Part shown: one piece after another, positions 63,887-64,000 of the stretch | Layout: each line of letters starts with the position of its first letter | How positions within the stretch are numbered: position 1 is the stretch's first letter | DNA from: an uncultured virus (IMG/VR IMGVR_UViG_3300022468_000269) | Lineage: Duplodnaviria > Heunggongvirae > Uroviricota > Caudoviricetes | DNA: 64,000 bases | Virus record (IMG/VR): IMGVR_UViG_3300022468_000269 | Direction: 5' to 3' (one strand) | Program-made: the position numbers and the translations under genes | The notes under the pieces: model-generated | Seen by the model: the letters and a program-made list of their open reading frames with translations, nothing else | The model's database searches: none | Told to the model about the DNA's origin: nothing

Positions 63887-64000
63887 ATGGGTCCGATAGC
63901 AGCAGTAATTGGTGCAGTAGCTACAGTAGGGGGCACTGTCCTCTCCTATTCGGCACAGCAGAAGGCAGCTTCAGCACAGAAGAAGCAACAGAACCTAGAA
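63887..64000 (+). CDS. internal virion protein (3' truncated)
   Basis: MGPIAAVIGAVATVGGTVLSYSAQQKAASAQKKQQ; GGAGG SD. Confidence 0.65.
   Translation, partial: MGPIAAVIGAVATVGGTVLSYSAQQKAASAQKKQQNLE

Larger units (their letters stand above)
29482..64000. mobile_element. Phage 2: SIO1/cobavirus (Zobellviridae)-like podovirus (right end truncated)
   Basis: Lower GC; two oppositely oriented arms; class II RNR, PolA and T7-type primase-helicase with no RNA polymerase seen; consensus sigma70 promoters. Confidence 0.8.

Noticed and set aside
1..64000. Stop-codon reassignment as explanation for the split genes
   Set aside because: Core genes are full length under the standard code, and the splits involve frame changes or inserted ORFs rather than single in-frame stops.

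Overview
The window holds two unrelated podovirus-type phage genomes joined at a tailspike gene; no host chromosomal genes are visible. (1) 1-~29.5 kb: a GC-rich temperate phage, probably of an alphaproteobacterium (Rhodobacteraceae-like). It has a cI/cro switch with four palindromic operators, DUF1376 plus a split primase-helicase, a cytosine methylase and Lar, terS/terL, portal, an ART-PolyVal-like protein, scaffold, capsid, tail tube/nozzle, ejection proteins and fibres. (2) ~29.5-64 kb: a more AT-rich phage with SIO1/cobavirus (Zobellviridae)-like layout and no RNA polymerase in the window. Its minus-strand replication arm carries class II RNR, MazG, a phosphoesterase, exonuclease, SSB, PolA, primase-helicase and a CobS/CobT-like pair. 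A ~1.3 kb non-coding region separates this from a plus-strand virion arm. The most unusual signal is a family of about 14 AT-rich mini-ORFs of 56-76 aa, several below the ORF-track cutoff and translated by hand. They have unrelated middles but a shared C-terminal motif (L/I/V)(G/A)PxE(I/L/V)xxW, and in several of them the DNA of that motif also supplies the Shine-Dalgarno and ATG of the next gene. They sit singly or in tandem between core replication genes, and four of them split DNA polymerase A into two ORFs. All family assignments are by motif recognition only; no searches were run.
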